Made by a program: the position numbers and the translations under genes. From assembly GCF_004010195.1 (NCBI RefSeq), contig NC_057734.1, forward strand, positions 29,919,564 to 29,983,563: a stretch of 64,000 nt of DNA, given 5' to 3'. Below, in pieces: positions 39,346 through 50,544 of the stretch. How positions within the stretch are numbered: the first letter of the stretch is position 1; each line of letters begins with the position of its first letter. The notes below the pieces were generated by a model. It was given only the letters and a program-made list of their open reading frames with translations. It made no database searches and was not told the origin of the DNA. This DNA comes from Chiloscyllium plagiosum. Its lineage: Eukaryota.

Positions 39346-39713
39346 AGCTGGATAATTCTCTAACATCATTCATTTCTGCTCCTGCCTAAACCTTGAAAGA
39401 GTAAGCCACAGACCTTTGAATCTACAGACCGATGTACCTTCTAATTTATTTTTGTAGTGCGATGGCAATATATTTATACATGTGGGCCTTTAAAATAGTT
39501 TGTGTAGTAAACTGGGCCAACATGTGCATGCCAATTTTTGACAATTCGAATGGCTGCCTGGTCAGCCAACATCTGTCATTCTCCATAAACTTACAAACTA
39601 CATTCTGAACTTGCACTAATTACCATTCAGACTGTGCCTGCTCACCCAGACTGACTCCCACTACCCAAATGTTAAAATTCCCAATGCTTGATCACTGCCA
39701 TAATTATACTCTT

Positions 39714-39840
39714 AAGACAAAAAGAACACATATACTGGAATCCAAAGCAGACAGGCAGGAAACTGGAAGAACATAGTAAGCCAGGGAGTATCGGGAGGTG
39801 GAGAAGTTGATGTTTTAGGTGTGACCCTACTTCAGGACTT
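39714..39840 (-). mobile_element. Family A-related pLTR fragment
   Basis: Similar to 62879-62980 in reverse; degenerate CTGAAGTA GGGT cac ACCT AAAA core. Confidence 0.5.
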
Positions 39841-40759
39841 GGGGGGGGGGGCGCACAGTGAAGTGGGGATAGGTGAAGGCTAGTAGACAGTACGACCTGA
39901 TTATAGTCCTTCCGAGGTAAGCTAACCCCTCCAGCTCCATAACCCTTTGAGAATGCAACATACCTCCAATGCTAGTCTGGCAACTAAAGTCTTCACCTAT
40001 CCTCAGTTGGAGAATTTCATTCCTAAACCTTGTCTTCTGTTTATCCTCCTTTAACCTCCCCTTAAAAAAATACAACTGAACAAGCTTTGGGTCACCTCTG
40101 GCTCAGTGTTAATTTTGTGGTCTGCTACTGGAATGTTTTACTGCGTTCAAGGTGTGGACCAGAAAAGGTGAGGAGGAGATTCACCTAGATGTTGGCTGGG
40201 CAGGAGTGATACAGTCTACTACAAATTCCTCTCAGCAAAGAAAACTGAGACACCTGAATGAAGTGTGCAAAGTTATGAGGGGCCGAGCGTGGATAGGGAG
40301 AAACTCTTCTCTCAGTATAGGGCTCAGGAGACAGTTTTAAAGTAAGGAACTGGTAGTTGACAGGGGATTGGAAGAAAAAATAAAGTCATACTATAGGCAC
40401 CTGGAGCTCACTGCCTAAAAGGGTAGCAGAGACCGGAAACCTCAAAACATTTATGTAGTATCTAAATAAACTCCTCACACGCCACTGCATATGAGGCGAC
40501 AAGCCAAGGGACCTGCTATTTAAAAAAAAACTACGTCTCTCTCAACGCTATTTGTTGCTGGGGAAAGTGAAGTAGTTTTAAGAAGTTGTTGAGGATCCAG
40601 ATATTAATGGCCACGACAAGAGGAAGGGGAATGCTGGAGGCTGTGGCAACTGCCCAGTATGATGCCCCAAAACCTTCGATGCAGCTCAAAAACAAAAGTT
40701 AAAAATCACAACACCAGGTTATAGTCCAGCAGGTTTATTTGGAAGCACTAGCTTTTGGG

Positions 40760-43508
40760 AGATGTTTGCAGGTAAAGGGACGGCTGAAAAATGGGAAGCC
40801 TTCAGAAATGAGATAACGAGAATCCAGAGAAAGTATATTCCTGTTAGGGTGAAAGGAAAGGCTGGTAGGTGTAGGGAATGCTGGATGACTAAAGAAATTG
40901 AGGATTTGGTTAAGAAAAAGAAGGAAGCATATGTCAGGTATAGACAGGATAGATCAAGTGAATCCTGAGAAGAGTATAAGGGAAGTAGGAGTATACTTAA
41001 GAAGAAATCAGGAGGGCAAATAAGGTTAAAGAGAATCCAAAGAGTTTTTACAAATGCATTAAGGACAAAAGGGTAACTAGGGAGAGAATAGGGCCCCTCA
41101 AAGTGGAGTTCCGCAGGGATCAGTTCCTCTGCTGTTTGTAATTTTTATTAATGACTTGGATGAGGGAGTCGAAGGGTGGGTCAGTAAATTTGCAGATGAT
41201 ACGAAGATTGGAGGAGTTGTGGATAGTGAGGGCTGCAAAGGGACTTAGATATGATGTAGAGCTGGGCTGAGGAGTGGCAGATGGAGTTCAACCCTGCCAA
41301 GTGTGAGGTTGTCCATTTTAGAAAGACAAATAAGAATGCGGAATACAGGGTTAACGGTAGGGTTCTTAGTGAGGTGGAGGAACAGAGGGATCTTGGGGTC
41401 TATGTTCAAAGATCTTTGAAAGTTGCCACTCAGGTGGATAGAGCTTGTAAGAAGGCCTATGGTGTATTAGCGTTCATTAGCAGAGGGATTGAATTCAAGA
41501 GTCGTGAAGTGATGTTGCAACTGTACAGGACTTTGGTTAGGCCACATTTGGAGTACTGTGTGCAGTTCTGGTCGCCTCACTTTAGGAAAGATGTGGAAGC
41601 TTTGGAGAGGGTGAAGAGAAGATTTACCAGGATGTTGCCTGGAATGGAGAATAGGTCGTACGAGGATAGGTTGAGAGTGCTAGGCCTTTTCTCGTTGGAA
41701 CGGCGAAGGATGAGGGGTGACTTGATAGAGGTTTATAAGATGATCAGAGGAATAGATAGAGTAGACAGTCAGAATTTTTTTCCCTGGGTACAACAGAGTG
41801 TTACAAGGGGACATAAATTTAAGGTGAAGGGTGGAAGGTATAGGGGAGATGTTAGGGGTGGGTTGGGGGCATGGAATGCGCTGCCTGTGGGAGTGGTAGA
41901 GTCAGAATCTTTGGTGACCTTTAAGCGGCAATTGGATAGGTACATGGATGGGTGCTTAAGCTAGGACAAATGTTCGGCACAACATCGTGGGCCGAAGGGC
42001 CTGTTCTGTGCTGTATTGTTCTATGTTATAAAGATCACCAAGATGGCCTTTGTGTGGAGCCGCAGAAAATGGGGGAAGATACAAAATGAGTATTTTGCAT
42101 CAGTATTTACTGTGGAAATGGATATGGAAGATATGATTGTAGGGAAATAGATGGTGACATCTGGTAAAATGTCCCTATTACAGAGAAGGAAGTGCTGGAT
42201 GTCTTGAAATGGGTAAAAGTGTATAAATCCCTAGGACCAGATCAGGTGTACCCCAGAACACTGTGGGAACCTAGAGAAGTGATTGCTGGGCCTCTTACTG
42301 AGATATTTATATCATTGATAGTCACAGGTGAGTTGCAGGAAGACTAGAGGTTGGTTAACGTGGTGTCACTGTTTAAGAAGGGTGGTAAGGACAAGCCAGG
42401 GAACTAGAGATCAGTGAGCCTGACATTGGCGGTCGGCAAGTTGTTGGAGGGAATCCTGAGGGACAGGATGTACATGTATTTGGAAAGACAAGGACTGATT
42501 AGGTCAACATGGCTTTGTGTGTGGGAAATCATGTCTCACTAACTTGATTGAGTTTTTTGAGGAAGTAAGAAAGAGGATTGATGAGGGCAGAACAGTAGAT
42601 GTGATCTATATGGATTTCAGTAAGGCGTTCGACAAGGTTCCCCATGGGAGACTGATTACCAAGGTTAGATCTCACGGAATACAGGGAGAACTGGATCAAA
42701 GGTAGAAGACAGAGGGTGGTGGTGAAGGGTTGTTTTTCAGACTGGAGGCCTGTGACCAGTGGAGTGCTACAAGGATCGGTGCTGGGTCCTCTAATTTTTG
42801 TCATTTACATAAATGATTTGGATGCGAGCATAAGAGGTACACAGTTAGTAAGTTTGCAGATGACACCAAAATTGGAGGTGTAGTGGACAGCGAAGAGGGT
42901 TACCTCAGATTACAACAGGATCTGGACCAGATGGGCCAATGGGCTGAGAAGTGGCAGACGGAGTTTAATTCAGATAAATGTGAGGTGCTGCATTTTGGGA
43001 AAGCAAATCTTAGCAGGACTTATACACACAATGGTAAGGTCCGAGGGAGTGTTGCTGAACAAAGACCTTGGAGTGCAAGTTCATAGCTCCTTGAAAGCGG
43101 GGTCGCAGGTAGATAGGATAGTGAAGAAGGCATTTGGTATGCTTTCCTTTTTATTGGTCAGAGTATTGAGTACAGGAGTTGGGAGGTCATGTTGCAGCAG
43201 TACGGGACATTGGTTAGGCCACTGTTGGAATATTGTGTGCAATTCTGGTCTTCCTATCGGAAAGATGTTGTGAAACTTGAAAGGGTTCAGAAAAGATTTA
43301 CAAGGCTGTCGCCAGGATTGGAGGATTTGAGCTATAGGGAGAGGCTGGTGCTGTTTTCCCTGGAGTGTCAGAGGTTGAGGGATGACCTTAGAGGTTTACA
43401 AAATTATGAGGGGCATGGACAGGGTAAATAGTCAAAGTCTTTTCCCTGGGGTCAGGGAGTCCAGAACTAGATTTAGGGTGAGAGGGGAAAGACATAAAAG
43501 AGACCTAA
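40760..43508 (+). mobile_element. CR1-clade LINE ORF2 fragment interrupted by a younger CR1 copy
   Basis: RT motifs CLTNLIEFFE, YMDFSKAFDKVPH and KFADDTK; host frame ...gggcccctcaaag| resumes at about 42031. Confidence 0.85.
41104..42030 (+). mobile_element. 5'-truncated young CR1-clade LINE (nested)
   Basis: 227-aa ORF 41281-41964 (FNPAKCEV, RPHLEYCVQFW, RGDLIEVYK) followed by 3'UTR and ttctatg tail. Confidence 0.85.
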
Positions 43509-43520
43509 GTCTCTTTTACT

Positions 43521-43610
43521 CTGCACCCAGAGTGACACGCTACAGCTCCCCATTAAGATCAGAGCAGGAGATTGCAGATCCTTATGAACATGAGGCTGCA
43601 GATCTGCACT
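43521..43610 (+). repeat. 90-bp direct repeat, copy 1
   Basis: Matches 44479-44568 with 5 substitutions. Confidence 0.85.
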
Positions 43611-43761
43611 TAGATCTCCTTCCTATCTGTGTGAGTGTCAGTGTCCCTCTCCTTTACTCGGTCTCTGCCCCCTCAGAAACCTCGGATTCCCCCCGCAAAG
43701 CTCGAAGAGAAACCACCCGCTCGAGAGGGTGAGTGGCCAGGCCGCCTCTGCCGCTCCTTAC

Positions 43762-43990
43762 CCGGTCCCGCTTTCTGCCTGAGTGCCCAGGCCTCCTCCA
43801 GCTGGCTCAGCTCCACTCCGCTATAGCTCAGGCTCAGCCCGGTGCTCGGTTCGCCGTCCAGGACCACCTCCCACAGGCGCCGTCGCAGTGACCACAAACC
43901 GTCCCGGAGCTGGGGGAGAAGCACAGCGGTCAGCGAGCCGAGCAGCACGGCCCCCGCTGCTGCCGACAGCCGCCTGCCGCCCAGGCCCAT
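43762..43990 (-). CDS. FICD: FICD first coding exon (type II transmembrane anchor)
   Basis: Kozak gtcgccATGg; MGLGGRRLSAAAGAVLLGSLTAVLLPQL hydrophobic segment; 229 nt ending in a phase 1 donor G|gtaagg that matches the acceptor at 37614; joined CDS 1311 nt, about 436 aa. Confidence 0.85.
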
Positions 43991-44039
43991 GGCGACCGCT
44001 CTCTTTGAGACCGCGGCCGCCGGCTCCCGGACCCGCCTC

Positions 44040-44200
44040 TCCCTGCTCCATCATTGGTCCGCCCGTGAGACTTCTCTCATCACCTATTGGGTGCCACATC
44101 TGTCAATCATTATCCTGGCCAATACACAACGGCAACGTCTCCATCCCTCAGCCAATCACATGAGCTACTGCGCATATCCGAGTGACCCACGTGACGTTAA
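44040..44200 (-). promoter_or_regulatory. FICD promoter with four CCAAT boxes, an ERSE-like element and CCACGTGACGT
   Basis: ATTGG 44053 and 44086; CCAAT 44119 and 44152; CCAAT-N9-CAACG 44119-44137; CCACGTGACGT 44187-44197; next to a CpG-rich exon. Confidence 0.6.
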
Positions 44201-44245
44201 CAATGGCTTTGCTGCATCTGAGTTGGACCAGATGGTACTTTTCAA

Positions 44246-44422
44246 CAAAGTTAAAAATCACTCAACTCCAGGTTTATTTGGAAGCACTAGCTTTCGAAGC
44301 GCTGCCTCTTCATCAGATAGTGGTCTGATGATCCACCTCATGAAGAGGCTGCGTTTTGAAAGCTAGTGCTTCCAAATAAACCTGTTGAACTATCACCTGG
44401 TGTTGTGTGATTTTTAACTTTG
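44246..44422. mobile_element. Family B Penelope-derived inverted-repeat element just upstream of FICD promoter
   Basis: caaagttaaaaatcac / gtgatttttaactttg arms; minus strand CTGATGA AGAGGC AGC GCTTC GAAA GCTA GTG hammerhead. Confidence 0.75.
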
Positions 44423-44478
44423 CAACAGCTGGTCACAATCCCTGAGACAGGCAAACACAGACACACTGCAGCTCCCCA

Positions 44479-44568
44479 CTGTACCCAGAGTGACACACTG
44501 CAGCTCCCCATTAAGATCAGAGCAGGAGATTGCAGATCCTTATGAACATGAGACTGCAGATTTGCACT
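44479..44568 (+). repeat. 90-bp direct repeat, copy 2, within a degenerate roughly 33-nt minisatellite
   Basis: cagagcaggagactgcagatcc-like units continue to about 44650 and again at 46153-46230. Confidence 0.8.
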
Positions 44569-44709
44569 GACAAACCAGAGCAAGAAATCTGTAGATCACC
44601 AAGTGGACAACCCAGAGCAGAAGACTACAGATCCTCATTGAATAGAGACATATACTGTCGCAAAGAAATGATCAAATTAAAAAGGAGGATTTGAGTACCG
44701 CCCAGGCTT

Positions 44710-46150
44710 ATAAGTAGATGAATCTCAAAGGTCAAATGAATGGTATCCAGCGTTGTTAAATGAGGCAAAGGAGGACAGAGCAGTGGCAATTCCTCCCTGG
44801 CCACAGGAAGTTTGCTGGAGGACTGGAGGTTAGCCAATATTATACTGTTATTCAAGAAAGGACCAAAGGTTAAATCGGGAAACTACAGGCCAGTGGTGGG
44901 GGAAACTATTGGATGCAATTCTGAAGGACAGAATTACAGTAATCGATGGAACAAAAACAGTCAGTACGGCTCTGCTAAGAGAGGTCACGTCTGAACAACT
45001 AGATTAAATTTTTTTGAAGAGGTGACCAGGTGTGTAGAAGAGGGCAATCAATGCTTTTGATGTAGTCTGCTTGAACTTTAGCAAGCTTTTTGAAAAGCTT
45101 CCTCATGCGAAACTGATAACAAAATGTAAGAGCCCATGGGATCCAAGGAAATTTGGTAAATTGGACCCACAATTGGCTGAATGACAGGAAATAGGGGTTG
45201 ATGGTTGAGGGATTTTGTTTCCCAACTCAGGTCAGTGTTGGGACCCTTGCTGTTTGTGGTTTATAAAAATGATTTAGACTTGAATGCACAATGGTTGGTC
45301 AGTAAATTCACAGGTGATAAAAAAATGTTGGGGTGGTAAATAGTGAGGAGGATCGCCTTGGATTACAGGAGGATGAGGACAAGCTAGTCAGCGACAAATG
45401 GATTCAATTTGGATAAATGTGAGGTGATGCGCTTGGACAAGAAAAACAAGGCAAGAGATTACATAATCAACAGTAGGACCATGGGAAGCACAGAGAGTCC
45501 AAAAGACTTTGATATACACTGGTCCCTAAAAGGTACACGGCAAGTGGATAATGTGGTTAAGAAGACAAATGGCATACTCGCTTGTATTAGCTGAGGTTTG
45601 GAGTTTAAGAGCAAGGAGGTTATGCTGAAACTGAATAAAATGTCAGTCAGACCTCAGCTATTGTAATTTTGGAATTCATATTTTTAGAGGGATTACAATG
45701 GGGATGGTGCAGAGGAGATTCACCAAGATACTGCCTGGGCTGGAGAGTTTTAGTTACGATGAGAGATTGAATAGACTGGTATTGTTTTCCTGAGAAGAGA
45801 TTGAGAAAGGACATTCCTGAAATGTAAAAAATTGAGGAGTATGGATAGTGTAGACAGGAAGAAACTTTACTCCTTGATGGAGGAATAAATCAGGGGATTT
45901 GGATTTAAGGTAAGGAATAGGGGATGTGAGGAAAAACATTTTCACCCAGAGGATGGTATGAATCTGGATCTCACTGCCTGTGAGGGTGGCCTGATAATAT
46001 TTACAAAGTATTTAAGATATGCACTTGTGATGCCAAGGTATACAAGACAATGGACCAAGTACTGGAAAATGGGATTACAGTTGTTTTCAACTGGCACAGA
46101 CACTATGGGTCAAAGGATCATTTTCTGGGCTGGCAATCTTTATGATTCTG
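44710..46150 (+). mobile_element. Decayed CR1-clade LINE
   Basis: EDWRLANIILLFKKG...GNYRPV and DKCEVM remnants with frameshifts. Confidence 0.8.
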
Positions 46151-46912
46151 TGACTGCAGGCAGATCTCCAATGAGCAGATCAGAGCAGGAGACTGCAGAT
46201 CCCCACTGAACAGATCAGAGCAAGAGACTGGGGATGTTAGAGACATAAAATAGAAAGTTCTTGAGTCACTCCGCTTTTGAGGTGAAAGAGACTGGAAACT
46301 GATGGTGATTGGGGGGAGGGGAAGGAGGGAGTGAGGGAAGAGAAGGAAGGGAGAAGAAGGGAAGAGGAGGAATGGAGAAGGAAGAAAGAGGTGGAAGAAT
46401 CACCTGGATGAGTGCAGCTCCAACAACAATCCTCAGTTAAGAAAAGGAAAGATATTGGAGATGCATTGTGAAAGATCTTTTGCTCAGGGCACCCTCACCA
46501 TCTGTTTCATTAGCACCTCCAACACCTTTGTCAAAGGAATGAAAACCATAATTTTCCAGCCCCCATCAGCACCAAAGATTATTCATATTGGTCTTAACTT
46601 TGTTTCTTTCTCCATATATGCTGCTAGACCAGGTGAGTATTTCCATTTTTTAAAAAAAATTCCAACATTTTACTTTTGTATAAAAAATGAAACCTTTTCA
46701 TCAGTCCCATGGTGTTTTATTCAGTGATCACTTCACTATGTCCAGCTCAAGCCACTGAAGGTTATCCATTCATCAACAGCAGATGCCACCAATCATACAA
46801 AAGCCTTAAAAAAAAGAGCTCAAAGAAAATTGCTGCAATTTTACTGCTAACTGGAAACAGTGAACTATCATGCATTAGAAAACATACAAGTGCAACTCAT
46901 GCTACACAAAAC

Positions 46913-47001
46913 AATGATGTGGAGGTGCCAGTGTTGAACTGGGGTGAACAAAATTAAAAATCACAAAGTTATAACATGGTGTTGTGTGGTATTTAACTTT
47001 T
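46913..47001. mobile_element. Minimal family B element (collapsed arms)
   Basis: gatgtggaggtgccagtgttg tail plus short inverted arms; 10-bp TSD tacacaaaac at 46903-46912 and 47002-47011. Confidence 0.7.
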
Positions 47002-47124
47002 TACACAAAACTAAATGAAGTTACAAAAGCAAGGCACAGATAAAAAGTTGGAAACAAGTGTTAGTTTGCTTCACCTAGTTAACATTGCCACTGTTCTTTC
47101 ATCACATCCTTTATCTTTCTGTGG

Positions 47125-49275
47125 TCCTAAGGGAAGAGTACTAAACTGGACCAAGGCCAATTATATCAAAATTAGGCAGGAACTGGGAAATGTGGATTGG
47201 ATACAACTATTTGAAGGGAAGTCCACATTTGATATATGGGAGGCTTTCAAAGATAGGTTAAAGATAGTGCAGGATAGGCATGTCCCGTTAAAAGCAAAGG
47301 ATAGTAAAGGCAAGATTTGTGAACTTGGGATGACAGGAGAAATTGTAAGATTAGCCAGGACGAAAAGGAAAGTGTACATAAGGTCCAGTCTGCTAAGAAC
47401 AGAACGGGCCCTGGAGGAATATCGGAAGAGTAGGAGCAGTCTTAAATGAGGAATCAAGCGGGCTAAAAGGGACCGTGAAATTGCTTTAGCAAGCAGAATT
47501 AAGGAGAATCCCAAAGCCTTTTATTCTTTTATAAGAAACAAGCGGGTAACTAGATAAAGGATTGGTCCACTAAAGGATAATGAAGGAAGGCTGTGTGTCG
47601 AATCTGAAACAATGGCTGAGATTCTGAATGATTGCTTTGCATCAGTGTTCACTGAGAAGAGGGACATGATAAATGTTGAGATTAGAGATAGAAGTTTGAT
47701 AACTCAAGGTCACATTGACATAAGTAGGAAAGATGTGTTGGGTAGGCTAGAGTTTATTAAGGTGGACAAATCCCTAGGACCGGATGGGATCTATCCCAGG
47801 TAGCTGAGGGAGGTGAGAGAGGAAATAGCTGTGGTCCTGACAGATATCTTTGTAGCATCCTTAACAGAGCTGAGGTACCAGAGGACTGGAGGATTTTCAT
47901 GTTGTCCCCTGTACAAGAAGGGTAATAACTGCAAGACCAGTGAGTTTGATGTCAGTGGTGGGAAAGTTGCTGGAGAAGGTACTGAGAGATAAAATCTATT
48001 TATATTTAGAAAAGAATGAGCTTATCAGTGATAGGCAACATGGCTTTGTGGGGGGTGAGATCATGCCTTACCAATGGAGTTCTTCGAGGAAGTGACCAAG
48101 TTGAAGGAAGGGCTGTAGATGTCATATACATGGACTTTAGTAAGGCGTTTGATAAGGTTCCCCATGGTAGACTAATGGAGAAAGTGAAGTCACATGGTGT
48201 GCAGGGTGTTCTAGCCAGGTGGATAAAGAACTGGTTGAGCAACAAGCGACAGACAGTAGTAGTTGAAGAGAGTTTCTCGAAATGAAGAAAGGTGACCAGT
48301 GGTGTTCCACAGGGATCAATGCTAGGGCCACTGTTTTTGTGATATACATAAATGATCTGGAAGAGGGAACTGTTGGTATGATTAGCAAGTTTACAGATGA
48401 CACAAAGATTGTTGGAGTAGCAGAAAGCATAAGGGACTGTCAAAGAATACAGGAGACTATAGATAGACGCACCACTGGGTGGAAAAGTGGCAGATGGATT
48501 TCAATCCAGGCAAATGTGGTGATGAATTTTGGGAAGTCTAATTCTAGAGCGAATTATACAGTAAACGAAAGAGCCTTGGGAAAAGTTGATGAGCAGAGAG
48601 ATCTGGAAGTTCATGTCTATTGTACCCTGAAGGTTGCTGCACAGGTGGATAGAGTGGTCAAGGTAGCATATGGTATACTTGCCTTCATCGGACAGGATAT
48701 TGAGTATAGAAGATGGCAGATCATGTTAAAATTGTACACGACATTGGTTCGGCCATATTTAGAATACTGTGTACAGTTCTGGTCGCCACATTACTAAAAA
48801 GGATGTGGACTCTTTGGAGAGGGTGCAGAGAAGGTTTACGAGGATGTTGCCTGGTATGGAAAGTGTTAGCTATGAAGAGAGGTTGAGTAAGTTAGGTTTG
48901 TTTTCATTAGAAAAAAGGAGACTGAGGGGAGACATGACTGAGGTCTACAAAATGAAGAAGGGTATAGACAGGGTAGATAGAGATGAGCTTTTTCCCAGGG
49001 TGAAGGATTCAGTAAGGAAAGGTCACGCTTTCAAGGTGAGAGGTGAAAAGTTTAAGACGGATACATGCGACAAGTACTTTACACAGAGGGTGGTAAGTGC
49101 CTGGAACATGTTGCCAGCAGTGGTAGTAGAGGCAGGCACAGTAGGTGTGGAGCAGAGAGATACAGATGCTTAGGAATTGGGCAACAGGTTTAGGCAATAG
49201 ATTTGGATCGTCTCAGGCTTGGAGAGCCAAAGGACCTGTTCCTGGGCTGTAAATTTTCTTAATTCTTTGTTCTTT
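47125..49275 (+). mobile_element. CR1-clade LINE ORF2 (frameshifted)
   Basis: LNWTKANY, DKSLGPDGIYPR, YMDFSKAFDKVPH, SKFTDDTK, RPYLEYCVQFW; ttctttg tail. Confidence 0.88.
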
Positions 49276-50544
49276 GCTCCCTTAACTACTTGCATTTGCT
49301 CATCCTATCAACTGTACAAGGTGAAATAAGTAACCCATCAATTTTTTTTCAGGGAAGAAAAACTCAAACACAATGTTACAGTGAGAAAATGTAAACTTAC
49401 AGCAAAAACATGGTATACTAAATGAATAATCAAAAATGACCACATGGGTTCAGCTCAGAAGTGAAATAAATGGGATAGGATAAATAGATAGGAGTGTATT
49501 TATAGATCCCAAATAGTGGGAGACAGAACAACAAATTCCAAGCAAAATTCTGCGTGCAAAAATAAACAAGGGAAAAATAGTTGGGGGTTTCAACTATCCT
49601 AACATCAACTGGGATATAAACAGTGGGAAAAATCACACAACATAAAATTCTTGAAGTGCATTTAGGAGGACTTTTTTTTTTAGCACATAACCAGCTCAAT
49701 TAGAGAGGGTGCAATTCTAGATATAGTCTTACCACGAATCCATTATTGATATTGGAAAAATCCAGCTGGTTCACTAATGGCCTTTAGGGAAGGAAACTCT
49801 AAACTTAACCTGGATTGGATTACATGTGACTCCAGACTCTCAGCATTGTGGTTGACTCTGAACTGCACTCTGGGCAATTAGGGATGGGTAATAAATGCTG
49901 GTCCAGCCAGCAACACTCATCTCATGAATGTAAAAAAAATAGAAACATTGAAGATAGAAGCAGGAATAGGCTATTTGACCCCTCATGCTAACTCTGACAT
50001 ATGGTATGATCATTACGGATCAATACTCTAACAGGAAATGAAGTCAGGCGAATGGATGAAGTTGCAGTGGCTAATATTTTGGAGATAGTGATTGTAACAG
50101 TTACATACATCAATATAATAAAAGACAAGGGCAGAGCAGGAGCAAAAGTTCTAAATTGGGGAAGACAAATTTTATGAAGTTGAGGTGATTTGTTGAAAAT
50201 GGACTGGAACCAGTTATTGGAAGGAATAATCAGTGGCAAAAAGAGAGTGGAAGGCATTCAAAAGTGAAGTTCTGCAGACACAGTGTAGATGTGACCCTAG
50301 AAGAAAAAGATGGTATTCCCAAATCTAGAGCCCCTGGATTTCCAGAAACATACAGGGTAACTTAAAGCTGGAAGAAAAAAGCTTACAAAAGCCACAAAAT
50401 AGGCTTTCTACAGTATGAAGCTAGGAGTACGGAAAGTACAGTGAATAAGTAAAAAAGGAAATTAAGAAAGCAACAAGGATGTGGAAAAATATTGGCAGAT
50501 AAATTCAAGGAAACCCAAACATGTTTTGTCAGTATGTTAAGAAG

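Noticed and set aside
41281-41964. 227-aa ORF as a host gene
   Set aside because: It is the C-terminal part of CR1 ORF2 in a 5'-truncated LINE copy.
43783-44366. 126-aa and 174-aa plus-strand ORFs
   Set aside because: Antisense shadows of the GC-rich FICD exon that run into a repeat.
44440-44650. Regularly spaced repeats superficially like a CRISPR array
   Set aside because: Degenerate tandem units without unique spacers, eukaryotic context, no cas genes.
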